From NCBI RefSeq assembly GCF_009914755.1, contig NC_060938.1: a stretch of DNA of 64,000 nt. The stretch is one strand, 5' to 3'. Shown piece after piece: positions 13,855-29,420 of the stretch. The notes below the pieces were generated by a model that was not told the origin of the DNA, did no database searches, and saw only the letters and a list, made by a program, of their open reading frames with translations. Origin of the DNA: the human T2T-CHM13v2.0 reference genome, Homo sapiens. A program made the position numbers and the translations under genes. Each line of letters begins with the position of its first letter. Positions within the stretch are counted from its first letter, which is position 1.

Positions 13855-14021
13855 TAGTTTCTTTAATAATTTCTCCCGTCCATTTTGTTGTTGTTTTCTG
13901 TGAAATGCCTATATTAATCTCTAATTTTCTTGTCTTTTCTGTCTAGTTAACCATTTTTTCCTATTTGCTGTATTAGTTCCTAAGCATACCCACGAACTTT
14001 TCTATTGAATATTTTATTTCA

Positions 14022-15034
<1,013 letters not shown>

Positions 15035-15144
15035 TGACTTGAAGTAAGTCAATTTTAGTTTCTACTCTTTCCATGGTTATTGCTTTCTCCAAATTCTGTA
15101 TATTTTGTTATTTCATATATGTTAGAAGCTTTCCTCAAAAGTCT

Positions 15145-15492
15145 TATATTAGTCTGTTCTCATGCTATTAAAGACATACCCAAGACTGAGTAATTTATAA
15201 AGCAAAGAGATTTAATTGACTCACAGTTCCACATGGCTGGGGAGGCCTCATAATCATGGCAGAAGGTGAATGAGGAGCAAAGTCACATCTTACATGGTGG
15301 CAAGCAAGAGAGCTTGTGCAGGGGAACTCCCATTTATAAAACCATCAGATCTCAAGAGACTTATTACCATGAGAACAGTATGGGGGAAACTGCCCTCATG
15401 ATTCAATTATCTCCACCTGGCTGCACCCTTGACACATAGGGATTATTGCAATTCAAAGTGAAATTTGGGTGGGACACAGGCAAACAATATCA
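15145..15492 (-). mobile_element. THE1-family (ERVL-MaLR) solo LTR
   Basis: Typical reverse THE1 sequence (attagtctgttctcatgct...gactcacagttccacatggctggggaggcctca...aatatca), 348 bp, with 5-bp TSD AGTCT (15140-15144 / 15493-15497). Confidence 0.9.
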
Positions 15493-16363
15493 AGTCTGAT
15501 AACCCAGGAGTGTTCTTTCATAGTTTAGAGTGTACAGCTATGTTGCCTGGAAGCTGTGTGTGAGTAGCCAGGGCCTGTGGATATGTGTGCTTCACTGTAT
15601 GCTTGGGTGGTCTTCTAGCTTTTTATTGGAGGATTCCCAGCTATCAGCTTTGACAGATCTTTTCTCTTTGGCCATTCTCTTTCTCCAGGAAAGTATCTGC
15701 CACTCTTCTGTTAGGGAGGTATAAATCTAGCTGCTGGAGTTCTGGGAGCTGGATGGCAGAAGAGAACAAGGAACTTTTACTTTGTTTCTGTTTTTTAGGC
15801 CCAGTCTTCCCCTCTACCCTCTGCTGTGTCTGGTATTTAAAGTCCTGAGCCCACCTAGTTCAGTTTCTCCAAATAATAAATGTCCCATCTCCTCTAAATG
15901 TGGATAAGAAACTGAGAAATCTACCTGCTCTTAGGCAGAATTTCAACTTATCTCCCCATGTTCCACCCTGTTCTCCACCCAGACTTTCTGTAGCACCCAG
16001 TGCCTGTGGGTCCTGAATTGTACCTGCTCTGTTGGCTTGTGTCTTATCTGTGTTACCTCTGTGCCTGATGTCTGTCACCTGCATCTCTGCTGCTGAGTCA
16101 GTTATTGTTCATTTGTTTTCTGTACTTCTATTTTATGACTCAGGTTATAGATATCTGTTCATTTCATTGAAGAAGAGGTTTGTGATTTTATTTCTCATAT
16201 TTTCTTGTTGTTTGGACTGACTTCTGAGAGAAGGGTGGGGCAAAAAGATTTTTACTCAGCCATTTTCTGACTGGAGTAATTTTTGTTTTATAATGAGAAA
16301 AAACCAAAAAGCTGTCTTCATCTTGAGGGGAAATTAAGTTACACTACTCATTGAGAAATTTAG

Positions 16364-16658
<295 letters not shown>

Positions 16659-16800
16659 TTACGACCAAGAAAGCATTATAATAATCACTGAAACATTTTA
16701 TAAGCAGACTTAGTTGTTTTTGAAGGTAGCAAGAAGTTTGAGAGAGAAATTGAAGTAGGGCCTTGGTAAAGGTGAGAATGTCATCAAGAACACAGGTAGA

Positions 16801-17183
<383 letters not shown>

Positions 17184-17456
17184 CTAGAGGTCACACTCAT
17201 AAGTGAAGTTCATTTAGTAAATAAAAGCGCCAAGCATTTCAAACCTTATTAATAAATGACTCTTCATATTCTTCAGCCCATCTTGTTGCTTCTAATTTTT
17301 GTTCAATGGAATTTAGTCAATGAACAGCCAAAGCAGGCAGTTGAATACAATTTTGGCTGTGCTAAGTGATGAAGTTTCTTTCAAAATTAAATAAGAAATA
17401 CTTTTCCTTAAAGATCTTAAATGGTTATATATCATTGAGCACACTAAATCAAAATA

Positions 17457-18373
<917 letters not shown>

Positions 18374-18667
18374 TTAGAAATGGAGTTCTTTATATGGCAA
18401 GTCTTTATTATTAGTTCACACTTTTAAACACTTGACAGTCATATTTTCTGATATAGATACTTGTTTCAAATCCCACTACTTTGAAAATGGATTCAAGTGT
18501 CTGTAGACATTTACTTGACTGTTGGGATTTTTAAATTTTCCTGTGACATAATCAGACAATCATATCAGACTGTTGAGTATGACTGATTTTTTTTGTTGCA
18601 AAATTTATTTTTCATTTGTAAAATATTTGAGATTATAGGACCCCTTCCCCAAGTTCCTGGCGTAAAT

Positions 18668-19296
<629 letters not shown>

Positions 19297-20230
19297 TAAG
19301 AATACTTAAGTAAATTCCATTTACAAACAATCATTATCATTAGTCTTCATGAAACTCGGTATTTTACATTGCAAATTCTAGTATGTTTTACCAACTTCAG
19401 AGGAAAGGCAGTGCCTTATAGAAATTTATCTGCTTGTTTTCAAATGATCAAGAATACAAATGAGTATGTGTTTAAAATGGCTAATTTTTATCAATTTTGT
19501 ATTTTCTAAAAATTGCCTAGACTAATGGTAAAGTTGACTAATTATTGAAGTGAGTTTAAAACACTGTATTGGGAATGCTTACTGAGCATTTTTGCTGTTC
19601 AATGGTGATTGTTTATTTAATAAATTCTTACAGCTTTACAACTTAAAATTGTTCATATTTTAATCAGTAGGGAAGGAAATAGGGAGAAGAAGGTGAAGGA
19701 ACTATGTAGGGTAGTAGTTCTCAAATACCAGCTCATAGATTTGTGTCTGTCTTCTACAAATAATTCACTGGTCTGCTGTGAAATAAGAAAACTATGGTAA
19801 GGAGAGATGAGCATAAGATATACTTCAAGACTAGAAACTATTCACATTTGAGTATTTATTATGGTTGATAGAGGAGGCTTGGCTTTTTCTTATCCACACT
19901 GAAAATTAGCTATGAGAAAGGAACTCACTCTTCACTCTATGGCACTATTAAGTTATCATGTATATTATATAATATATAGCATGTTATTTAAGTGGGAACA
20001 AAGTGTCTTGGGACTCCCTTCCAACATCTCTTTTTCATGTACTAACTGTGCTTTTCCCTCTTGTGTCTAATAGAAGCTTAATATGTAAACTAGACAAGGT
20101 AGATGACAAATGGTTAATGACTTTTTTTTGTTTTCTTTAGATACATCCAGAAAGTGCCCAGAAGAAACTTCCTGCTGGAAAAAATGAAAAAGCAGTATTT
20201 ATAACATTAGAATCTGGATAATTTGTTAAC

Positions 20231-21553
20231 ATGGCAGAAAATAATGAAAATATTAGTAAAAATGTAGATGTAAGGCCCAAAACTAGTCGGAGCAGAAGTG
20301 CCGACAGAAAAGACGGTTATGTGTGGAGTGGAAAGAAGTTATCTTGGTCAAAAAAGAGTGAGAGTTATTCAGATGCTGAGACAGTGAATGGTATAGAGAA
20401 AACCGAAGTGTCTTTAAGGAACCAAGAAAGGAAGCACAGCTGTTCATCCATTGAGTTGGACTTAGATCATTCCTGTGGGCATCGATTTTTAGGCCGATCT
20501 CTTAAACAGAAACTGCAAGATGCCGTGGGGCAGTGTTTTCCAATAAAGAATTGTAGTAGTCGGCACTCTTCAGGGCTTCCGTCTAAAAGGAAAATTCATA
20601 TCAGTGAACTCATGTTAGATAAGTGTCCTTTCCCACCTCGATCAGATTTAGCCTTTAGGTGGCATTTTATTAAACGACACACTGCTCCTATAAATTCCAA
20701 ATCAGATGAATGGGTAAGCACAGACTTGTCTCAGACTGAATTGAGGGATGGTCAGCTAAAACGAAGAAATATGGAAGAAAATATAAACTGTTTCTCACAT
20801 ACCAATGTTCAGCCCTGTGTCATAACCACCGACAATGCTTTGTGTAGAGAAGGTCCTATGACTGGCTCTGTGATGAACCTGGTTTCAAATAACAGTATAG
20901 AAGATAGTGATATGGATTCCGATGATGAAATTCTAACACTTTGCACAAGTTCCAGAAAAAGAAACAAACCCAAATGGGATTTGGATGATGAAATCCTGCA
21001 GTTGGAAACACCTCCTAAATACCACACGCAGATTGATTATGTCCACTGTCTTGTACCAGACCTCCTTCAGATCAATAACAACCCATGTTACTGGGGAGTG
21101 ATGGATAAATACGCAGCCGAAGCACTACTGGAAGGAAAACCAGAGGGTACCTTTTTACTTCGAGACTCAGCACAGGAAGACTATTTATTCTCTGTTAGTT
21201 TTAGACGCTATAGTCGTTCTCTTCATGCTAGAATTGAACAGTGGAATCACAACTTTAGCTTTGATGCACATGACCCCTGTGTCTTCCATTCTCCTGACAT
21301 TACTGGGCTCCTAGAACATTATAAGGACCCAAGCGCCTGTATGTTCTTTGAACCACTTCTATCCACTCCCTTAATTCGGACTTTCCCTTTTTCCCTGCAG
21401 CATATATGCAGAACAGTTATTTGTAACTGTACAACTTATGATGGCATCGATGCCCTTCCAATTCCTTCTTCTATGAAATTATATCTGAAGGAATATCATT
21501 ATAAATCAAAAGTTAGAGTACTCAGGATTGATGCACCAGAACAGCAATGCTAG
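20231..21553 (+). CDS. SOCS4: Suppressor of cytokine signaling 4 (440 aa; SH2 + SOCS box); whole CDS in exon 3, which starts at 20141
   Basis: ORF MAENNENISK...; N-terminal RSLKQKLQDAVGQCFPIK motif shared with SOCS5; SH2 (YWGVM...GTFLLRDS); SOCS box (SLQHICRTVI...LPIPSSMKLYL). Acceptor ttttctttAG at 20140; in-frame upstream TAA at 20219. Confidence 0.99.
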   Translation: MAENNENISKNVDVRPKTSRSRSADRKDGYVWSGKKLSWSKKSESYSDAETVNGIEKTEVSLRNQERKHSCSSIELDLDHSCGHRFLGRSLKQKLQDAVGQCFPIKNCSSRHSSGLPSKRKIHISELMLDKCPFPPRSDLAFRWHFIKRHTAPINSKSDEWVSTDLSQTELRDGQLKRRNMEENINCFSHTNVQPCVITTDNALCREGPMTGSVMNLVSNNSIEDSDMDSDDEILTLCTSSRKRNKPKWDLDDEILQLETPPKYHTQIDYVHCLVPDLLQINNNPCYWGVMDKYAAEALLEGKPEGTFLLRDSAQEDYLFSVSFRRYSRSLHARIEQWNHNFSFDAHDPCVFHSPDITGLLEHYKDPSACMFFEPLLSTPLIRTFPFSLQHICRTVICNCTTYDGIDALPIPSSMKLYLKEYHYKSKVRVLRIDAPEQQC

Positions 21554-21810
21554 TAACAGGATGGGAACATGGGAATGATAATATATATTTTTTCTTTTAA
21601 TATTTTATTTTTCTTTTTATGCCACTTTGGATTTTTCTACAAAGGCAGTGGTGTCCAAAATAAAATCTCTGCCCTAAATTTTACTAATAAATCCATTTTT
21701 CTAGTGATACACAAATTGTTTAAGGTTATACACTCGAGCTTAAATAGATATTTTTAACCAGGTGTTTGGTTTTTGTTTTTACCGTGTAGGTTGTATACTT
21801 ACATTTTTTC

Positions 21811-21858
21811 TTTCCTTAATTTATACATGATCCTTTTTCCTTAATTTATACATGATCC
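21811..21858. repeat. Direct tandem duplication, 23 bp x2 (period 25)
   Basis: tttccttaatttatacatgatcc at 21811-21833 and 21836-21858. Confidence 0.95.
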
Positions 21859-22535
21859 AGGCACATTTGAAATTTGGTAGGCATTGCAAACACATTTGAA
21901 TATTGTGTATTTCATACTATTCTTTAAAAGTAATCTTATGTCCTTTCCTACATGTAAAATATTTTGTTAATCTATGCCATTAGTAGTATTATATATAAAA
22001 TATAGTTCCCCGTCCCCCTTTTCATTGAGTTTGATATTCTTCAGTAAAGCTGAATGTTGTAATTCACCATTCATACTAATGTTATTGACTTTTGTAACTT
22101 ACTAATAGGGATGTTAAAAGTAACAAAACCAAGTCAAACTTGGTGTATTTTTATTTTAAATATTAACTCTAAAGCAGGATTACTAAATTTGATTAATCTG
22201 GTCAATGAGAATCAAATGGAAACATATCATTCTGGAGGTGCACTTACTCTTCTACAATGTGGCCGGATCATTTGTCATTCCTGAATAGGTCTTTCTCTCA
22301 ACCTGCAAGAGCTAAACCATCTTCAAAACATAAATCTTGTTCCTTTCTCATTGGAAGCTTTGAAAATAATGATAACACTATTAGTAGCTAGTAGTTACTA
22401 AAGTGCTAAAGTAATTGTGGGGTTTTTCTGTATTAGCTTATGAACTGTTGCTTCTACTTAGCCCTTTTATAGAAACTCTGAGCTGTTACTTTGGGGAAAT
22501 TCCACAATGTATTAGCAGCCACAAATTTCCACTGG

Positions 22536-22545
22536 TAACCAAAGA
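22536..22545 (+). promoter_or_regulatory. miR-9-5p target site (8mer, extended)
   Basis: TAACCAAAGA is complementary to miR-9-5p nt 1-10 (UCUUUGGUUA). Confidence 0.55.
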
Positions 22546-23393
22546 GTACCTAAGTAGTTTTTCATTATTTTAAGTTGAATTTGAATAAAGATTCCAGAAA
22601 TAAACATGGAGCTCAGTATTCAGGAAGCTTAATACTGTTTTTGATCTACAAGATCCAAATAATTATCCCTATCTTCAGAATTAACTTAGTCTGTAATGTG
22701 GCTTCAAAAAAAGAAAGCCTTTTGACAGCTACATGACTTACACCATACAGAACAGTACTGGACAAAAGGGGTGATATTTTAAATTTACTATCCCAGAAAC
22801 AGGGCAACGTTTTTAGAAACATCTTTAGCCCAAAGTAACTAGTAAAAATAAATGGAGTGGTATCCTATCTTCTTTTTTTAAGGAATCAATGAATAATAAA
22901 TGTAGATAGACAATTTTCTTCTGGTGAGCTGTCTAACCCTTTGTACACATTGACATTTTTAATATCGTAACTGATTTCTTGATGCTAGTTTAGCTATATT
23001 AGGAAACTGCTTCTACCTAGATTGAAAGAAATTTGACTCATAAACTTCCAAGTTAGAACAAATATTTCTTCATTATTGTTGCTTTTATGTGAGTAGCATT
23101 TCCCTATCTTGCAGTTCTGTTAACATGAAAATGGCATTTTTCCATAATAGCTTTAAAATAATTTTTTAGTAATTATTACAAAATTAAGGAAAATCTCTAT
23201 TACCGTTATCTTTTAGCATTTTTTTTTTCCTCAGTGATCTCAAGATTGTCTTAGTCTCAATGAGATGTAGCTACAAAAATGGCACCTCTTAGCAGTGATG
23301 AGGCTCAGGATATCGGATATCATAACACCAATGTCAGGATAAATATCTCTTCTAAAGACGATATTTACCTTTTACAAGGTTAGAAAAGTCTCA

Positions 23394-23403
23394 TACTACC
23401 TCA
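23394..23403 (+). promoter_or_regulatory. let-7/miR-98 target site (8mer, extended)
   Basis: TACTACCTCA is complementary to let-7-family nt 1-10 (UGAGGUAGUA); SOCS4 is a recalled miR-98/let-7 target. Confidence 0.7.
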
Positions 23404-25111
23404 TCTTTATTGTGGCGCTTTTGTAGATCACTGAGAAGCTTATCTTATTAACCAATATACCACTTCCTAAATATCCATCTTTGGTGAAAGAAAATAGTGT
23501 GGTAAGAGTACCCATGATTATAGTTTTTTATCAGAATTTGATAAGATTTTCTGTTTCTGTGAAACAATTATTTTAAATATTTTTCTTTTAAAAATAACTT
23601 TTTATCAGTACAGAAAAACCTAAGGGATGACTAGCTTACAAATATTCTGTTAAGGGGTAGTTTTATAAAGAAAAATGATATATAGTTATGTTGTCTTTTA
23701 TAGTGTTAAAATTAGTATTTATATGAAAGTCAAGATCTAAGTACCTTTTCATATAATTCAAACTGATTGCTTGTGATATGTTTTCTCTGGCTTTTTTATT
23801 TTTTCAACTTCAAGGTATTAACAGCTGTTAACACTTAAAAAGTACTGCCACATATGTAGCCTTGAAGTAGTTGATCTAATAAATGAGAGCAGGGAGGAGA
23901 TTCATTGACTCTGAAATGATTTTTATTTTTCCTTTGGTATTTGCTACAGTGAAAAGAAGTTTGGAAAGTAGATACATAAAGACTTGAGAAGGGAATTGTT
24001 TAAGGGAAAAGAAAAGAGTAATAATTTTTTTTAAAACATTAAGGAATTGGAATTCAGAAAGGTTACCCCCTTCCTCTGTGTCTTTGTAAGGATACATTTG
24101 GAAGAACATACAGTATTCAGAAACTAACCTATATAAAATGTAAACAATATATTGATTGCACTATATAAATGAGTAAATTTTGAGAGGAACAATGTGGGAA
24201 TGTATAAATTTGTCTAAAATTTTATAACTGTTGAACAAAGGGAAGATTTGAACAGTGTAAATTCCAGAGTTGAGAAAGCATTTAGCATGGTGGAAATGTG
24301 GAGAGCTTATTGGTGAGAGAGGATGGAGCTAAGAGAAATAAGATCAAATATTAAAATTAGGAATTTAGGCATTACCTCAGGGAAAAGCCTTGACAGTGAA
24401 AAGAAACTACTTAATCGCTAATAGCTAGTCTGGACCAGACACTTAACTGCGCTTTGGGAATCATCCTGGGCTAATCAGGAAATAAACTTGACTTTTCTAT
24501 TTTTCTCTGAAGCTTTACAGGACATACTCCCACTCCCATTTTTTTCTAAGCCTACAGCATCTTGATTCATAGTATAATTCCTGAAGTATGCTGAATGGAC
24601 TTTTTAAGGTTCCTTTAGCATTTTTGTATAGAGTTATATGTGATCTTTCTATAACCATGCCATTCACTTAAATAATTCATGAAGGGAATGGTTTAATTTA
24701 AAGGAAGACCTAATAGGAAGAAGATTAAAGGAAGCTTTTAGTCAGCCTGTGGCTAGATTTATTGATTTGGTGATCAAACCTGTGCTATTTCCTGAATTTC
24801 AGCTAATGGCCAACTGTGGTCAAAGAATGGCTTTCAGTTAAAGTTTTGACTTCTTATTATAAATAATATAAAGAATGTCTCAGTAATTAGAAATCCCTTA
24901 ATAAGTAGAACAAATGTGGCAAGTAGGACTCCTATCGGTATACAAATTCCATTTCTTTTTATAAGAAAAACACATAAACCATTATCATTTATTCATGAGC
25001 CAAAGCCATTAAGAAGATAAATCCAGTTATCAGCTTCCTGTCTCTGAAGTTTGGATCATTTTATAGATCCACGCAATAGAGAGCTTCCTTCCTATGAAAC
25101 AAAAACCTTGA

Positions 25112-25408
<297 letters not shown>

Positions 25409-26651
25409 AAGATCTAACTCACGCTTACTTTTCATTAAAATATTTCTTGTCGCTTTTAGCTATTGTCAGAATCCAATAAACAGCTTACGCATTCATTTTG
25501 GTAAAGCAAATTTCACAGGAAAATAGACAAAATTATAAGAGATTCCTGGAGACAACACAAGGAAAACAATGTTTAAAAGCAAAATAGCCTGTGTAATGTT
25601 AGGTAATGTAATGCCCAAGTGAATAAAAGATTTTTCGTCAAGCAAACTACTGTTTCTACTTTGGGGGAAAAAAGTCAGTTTTACATTTGTAATTTAAGGA
25701 AAGAACAGAAAGCACAAAGGTTTTTCTTTTCTTTATTAATGGCCTACTAGAAATGAGCAGTGCAAGAGTCTACCTGTACTATTCTAATACAGTAAGATAT
25801 TGGACACAAAATGGAGGTAACTTTTTAAAATAGATTGGCTTGGAAGTTGAAATGTAGATTAATGGATATAACCCAATAGAAAGGGATTTTCAAATAAAAC
25901 CAAAGTCTATTTTTTTATTTACTTTCTAATTTTGAACAGATGACTCAGTCCTAAATCTTTGCCTTTATTTCCTATAAAATGTAGGTGATACTTGTAACTC
26001 GACTTCCTGGAGTTAATTCTTCAGCAAGAGGTGACCCTGGGAGCGTACTTTAAAATAATTGCTGTACAGCCATTGAGTACTAACATGATGATAGGTTTTC
26101 AAAATATCTTTGTAGTGGATGCTGCATAATTACATTCACTTCTCTTAGACTGTAAAAGACTTTCTTGACTTGTTTTAACAGTAGAGATAGCAGTACAATT
26201 TGAATTTATGGTTTAGGCTCTGCAATTAGAGGAACAATTGCAGTTTCCTCCTACCCTTCATATGGTCTGTGTAAAACTGATGTTTGCTTAACTTATTTTA
26301 AAAGTTGATTACGTTTTCAGAAAATAAAGATAATCACTTTTGCCATGGTTATAATCAAATCTAAGCTTTCAGACTTGAGAGCCATGGTGTAAAACTCAAG
26401 GAGGTTTATTTAAATTATGCTGACTTTGCTAGAATTGGATAAATTCTGTATAAGCCAAGTATGAGTTCACATGTACTCGAATATACAGTTTTCACAAAGC
26501 TATTACTCTCATCAGTCAGGCTTGTATGATCTATTCCTTACCACAAAAGAAGTAGACAATTGCCACTTTTATTTCTAATCCTTAAGTTGAATGTTTCTTC
26601 TTGGATGTAAGTTCAAATAAATTGATCTGGATAAATTTTCATTTCTACTTA

Positions 26652-26657
26652 ATTAAA
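26652..26657 (+). terminator. Probable distal SOCS4 polyadenylation signal (ATTAAA)
   Basis: ATTAAA with downstream ggctttgtgtttt about 25 nt later. Confidence 0.6.
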
Positions 26658-26804
26658 ACTTCCTATGTAAAATCCAAAGGCTTTGTGTTTTATTTTAAAA
26701 ACATAGTCTTTACTTCACACATTCAACTTAGAATCTGAAAAAGATAGAGAAACCCATATTCTTACATATTTTCTAATTTATAATACACTCCTTTTAGTTT
26801 TTTT

Positions 26805-27140
26805 GTGTTTGGGACTTCCAGAAGCAGGTGCCAAAATGTGATTAGAGGTGCAAGAGATTTATTTGGAGTGAAACACCTAGAAAGATAGAGAAGGGAGCAG
26901 AAGGTGGGGAATTCTTCATACCACACAGAAAGTCTGACACCTAGAAGGAAGGATTGGGTAGGGGAGCTTCGGACTTCAGTGCATCTTGAGACTGCTAGAT
27001 GAGGACTTGGTTCCCAAGCAAAGGTTGCCTGTAGAGAAGCCCACAGGGACAGGAATGGCCTAGATCTAGACCCCTCCAACGTGCTCAGCTACTGGCTGAT
27101 TGCAGGCAAGGAAAAGTTGGAGGCTATCCATTACTGGTAC
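26805..27140. mobile_element. Old MaLR (MLT1-like) LTR fragment
   Basis: cagaagcaggtgccaaaatgtgattagaggtgcaagagatttatt resembles an MLT1 end; diverged. Confidence 0.4.
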
Positions 27141-27628
27141 ACAGCGCCAGGACTAGGGTATGGTGAGGCACTTAGGGACAAATATTTGACTATACGACTA
27201 AGGAAGACAATGTTTTGGTACAATATTGTAATATCTGAATTGATGCAAAAAAGCCTATGATGAGCAAGATACCAAATTTCAAATCAAACCTGACCAGATT
27301 ACTGATTTCTTGTTGCTTCAGGTTTCAGCATGGCTCAAGGCACTGCTGATTCACTGTCACCAGTGAGAACAGGCTAGGTCCACACCAGTCGTGTAATTTT
27401 CCATAGGCCTGTGTGCCCTTACCCAAAAATAAGACTCTCGGCTTAGGTATTTGAAGTTCCTCTGTTGCCCCTTTTTCAGTGTGAGAATTGTGTGTGCTGT
27501 GGAAAACATCCAGGGATGTCTTCCTTTAAACAAGTTCATGGTTAAATGGCCACCCACTCACTCACTAATGCCTTACACAAAGCAAGATGCAAGTGTACCA
27601 CATACTTTTAGGATATTTTTATATCTTA

Positions 27629-27930
<302 letters not shown>

Positions 27931-28070
27931 GTATATTGCATATATGTATATATTTTGCACACCATATAATTATCACGACATCTTTATTGCTAGTTAGTAG
28001 GTTCCTTGACTGGGGTCATGTCATCTGTGCCTGACACAGGAGGTAATGTTTATTCAGAAATGAAGATGGC

Positions 28071-28339
28071 GGCTGGGCACGGTGGCTCACACCTGTAATA
28101 CCAGCTCTTTGGGAGGCCGAAGCGGGCAGATCGCTTGAGGCTAGCAGGGTGAGACCCCATCTCTATCAAAAACACAAAAATAAGCCGGATGTGGTGGCAC
28201 ATGCCTGCAGTCTCAGCTACTCGGAGGCTAAGATGGGAGGATTGCTTGAGACCAGCAGGCAGAGGTTGCAGTGAGCCGAGATCGCGCCACTGCACTCCAG
28301 CGTGTGTGACAGAGGCCCTGTCTCAAAAACAACAAAAAA
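28071..28339 (+). mobile_element. Alu (AluJ-like)
   Basis: Diverged dimer. Confidence 0.88.
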
Positions 28340-28459
28340 GAACATGGGAGAAGAGGCATTGATGAGGAAAAATCTACAAAGAAAGCAAATATCAATTTGT
28401 CAAGCTATTTGCAAACGTCTTCCCTTTCCTGTATTAATATTTTCCCTCTCCCCACTTTT

Positions 28460-29420
28460 GGCCCGAGGATCTGAGTCCTCGGGTCAGGCCGAAATCAGAC
28501 CGCGTCCATACCCAGCCTCCTTCGAGGCCTAGCTGTAAAAACCGCTGAGCAAAAGGAATCCAGAATCAGCCCTCAAGCAACTCAAGACAAGTTAGCAATT
28601 TCCGCCGGGAAGCCGTGAACATCGGCAGCCACTGGCGTTTCCTCCGAGTCCTCGGAACTCCGGAAACTCTGGGAGCTTTTAGCCCGCCCACCAGGGGAAA
28701 GCGGCCCGGAGCCGGCGCCAGGTGGAGCCCATCCCCCTAGGCCTGGCGGGCCGCAGTACCGCCAGGGGCCTGCGGGAGGCGCACGCGGCGCGGCCTGAGG
28801 GGAGGGGGAGAACGGGCGGAGGCGGTGCGCTCGGCGCTTCCTGTTCCGGCGCCAGGAGGAGCCGCGCGCTGCTGGTGCTGTTGCCGCCGCTGCTCTAGCT
28901 GCCGTCAGTCAGGCTGCGCCCGCGTCTTCAGGGCCCAGTCCCTCGGACCCATCGCCGCTTCTAGACCCTACTGCGGTCTCGGATATTGCCGGGTGAGGCT
29001 GCTTCGGTACTAGTGGGAGTCGTGAAGGGGAATCGGGGAGCTGGGGTTGCGGAGCCCGCGGGCGCGGCCAAGCGGGAAGCGGGCGCGGTGACCGAGGTGC
29101 ATCGAGTCACGTCCAGTGCTCGGGCCGTGGTCGCCTGCCTGGCACCAGGACTAAGCGTTTCTATCGGTCGCCTTCCTCCACGCTGCGGGCTGCCTGGGGA
29201 TCGCCCCCCAGGGAGAAGGTGTCGGAGGCCGCTGACGTCGCGCCCGACGGGTTTCTGGGCGCCTGACGTCAGGTCTGGCTGCGGGGCGGGGCGGGCGCGG
29301 GCCGGCCCCTCCCCCACCCCTTCCCGGCGGGCGCGACCCGCTAGGAGGCCGGTTCGCTCCGGTTGATCCCGGACTCCCTTTGTTCGTGCGTCCCTAAACG
29401 GCTGCCGGCCTCGCGCCCCT
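28460..29420. promoter_or_regulatory. CpG-island promoter of MAPK1IP1L
   Basis: High CpG/GC content. NRF1-like GCGCACGCG 28779-28787, GC boxes, ETS-like CTTCCTGTTCCGG near 28837, CRE TGACGTCA 29264-29271. Confidence 0.9.
28836..28992 (+). other. MAPK1IP1L: MAPK1IP1L non-coding exon 1 (TSS approximate)
   Basis: ATG-free GC-rich leader ending in donor CGG|GTGAGG at 28992/28993. Confidence 0.75.

Noticed and set aside
21786-21800. GTAGGTTGTATACTT matches let-7a nt 8-22 at 14/15 positions in sense orientation
   Set aside because: It lacks the seed and any evident precursor hairpin; a match this short is plausible by chance given the number of miRNAs
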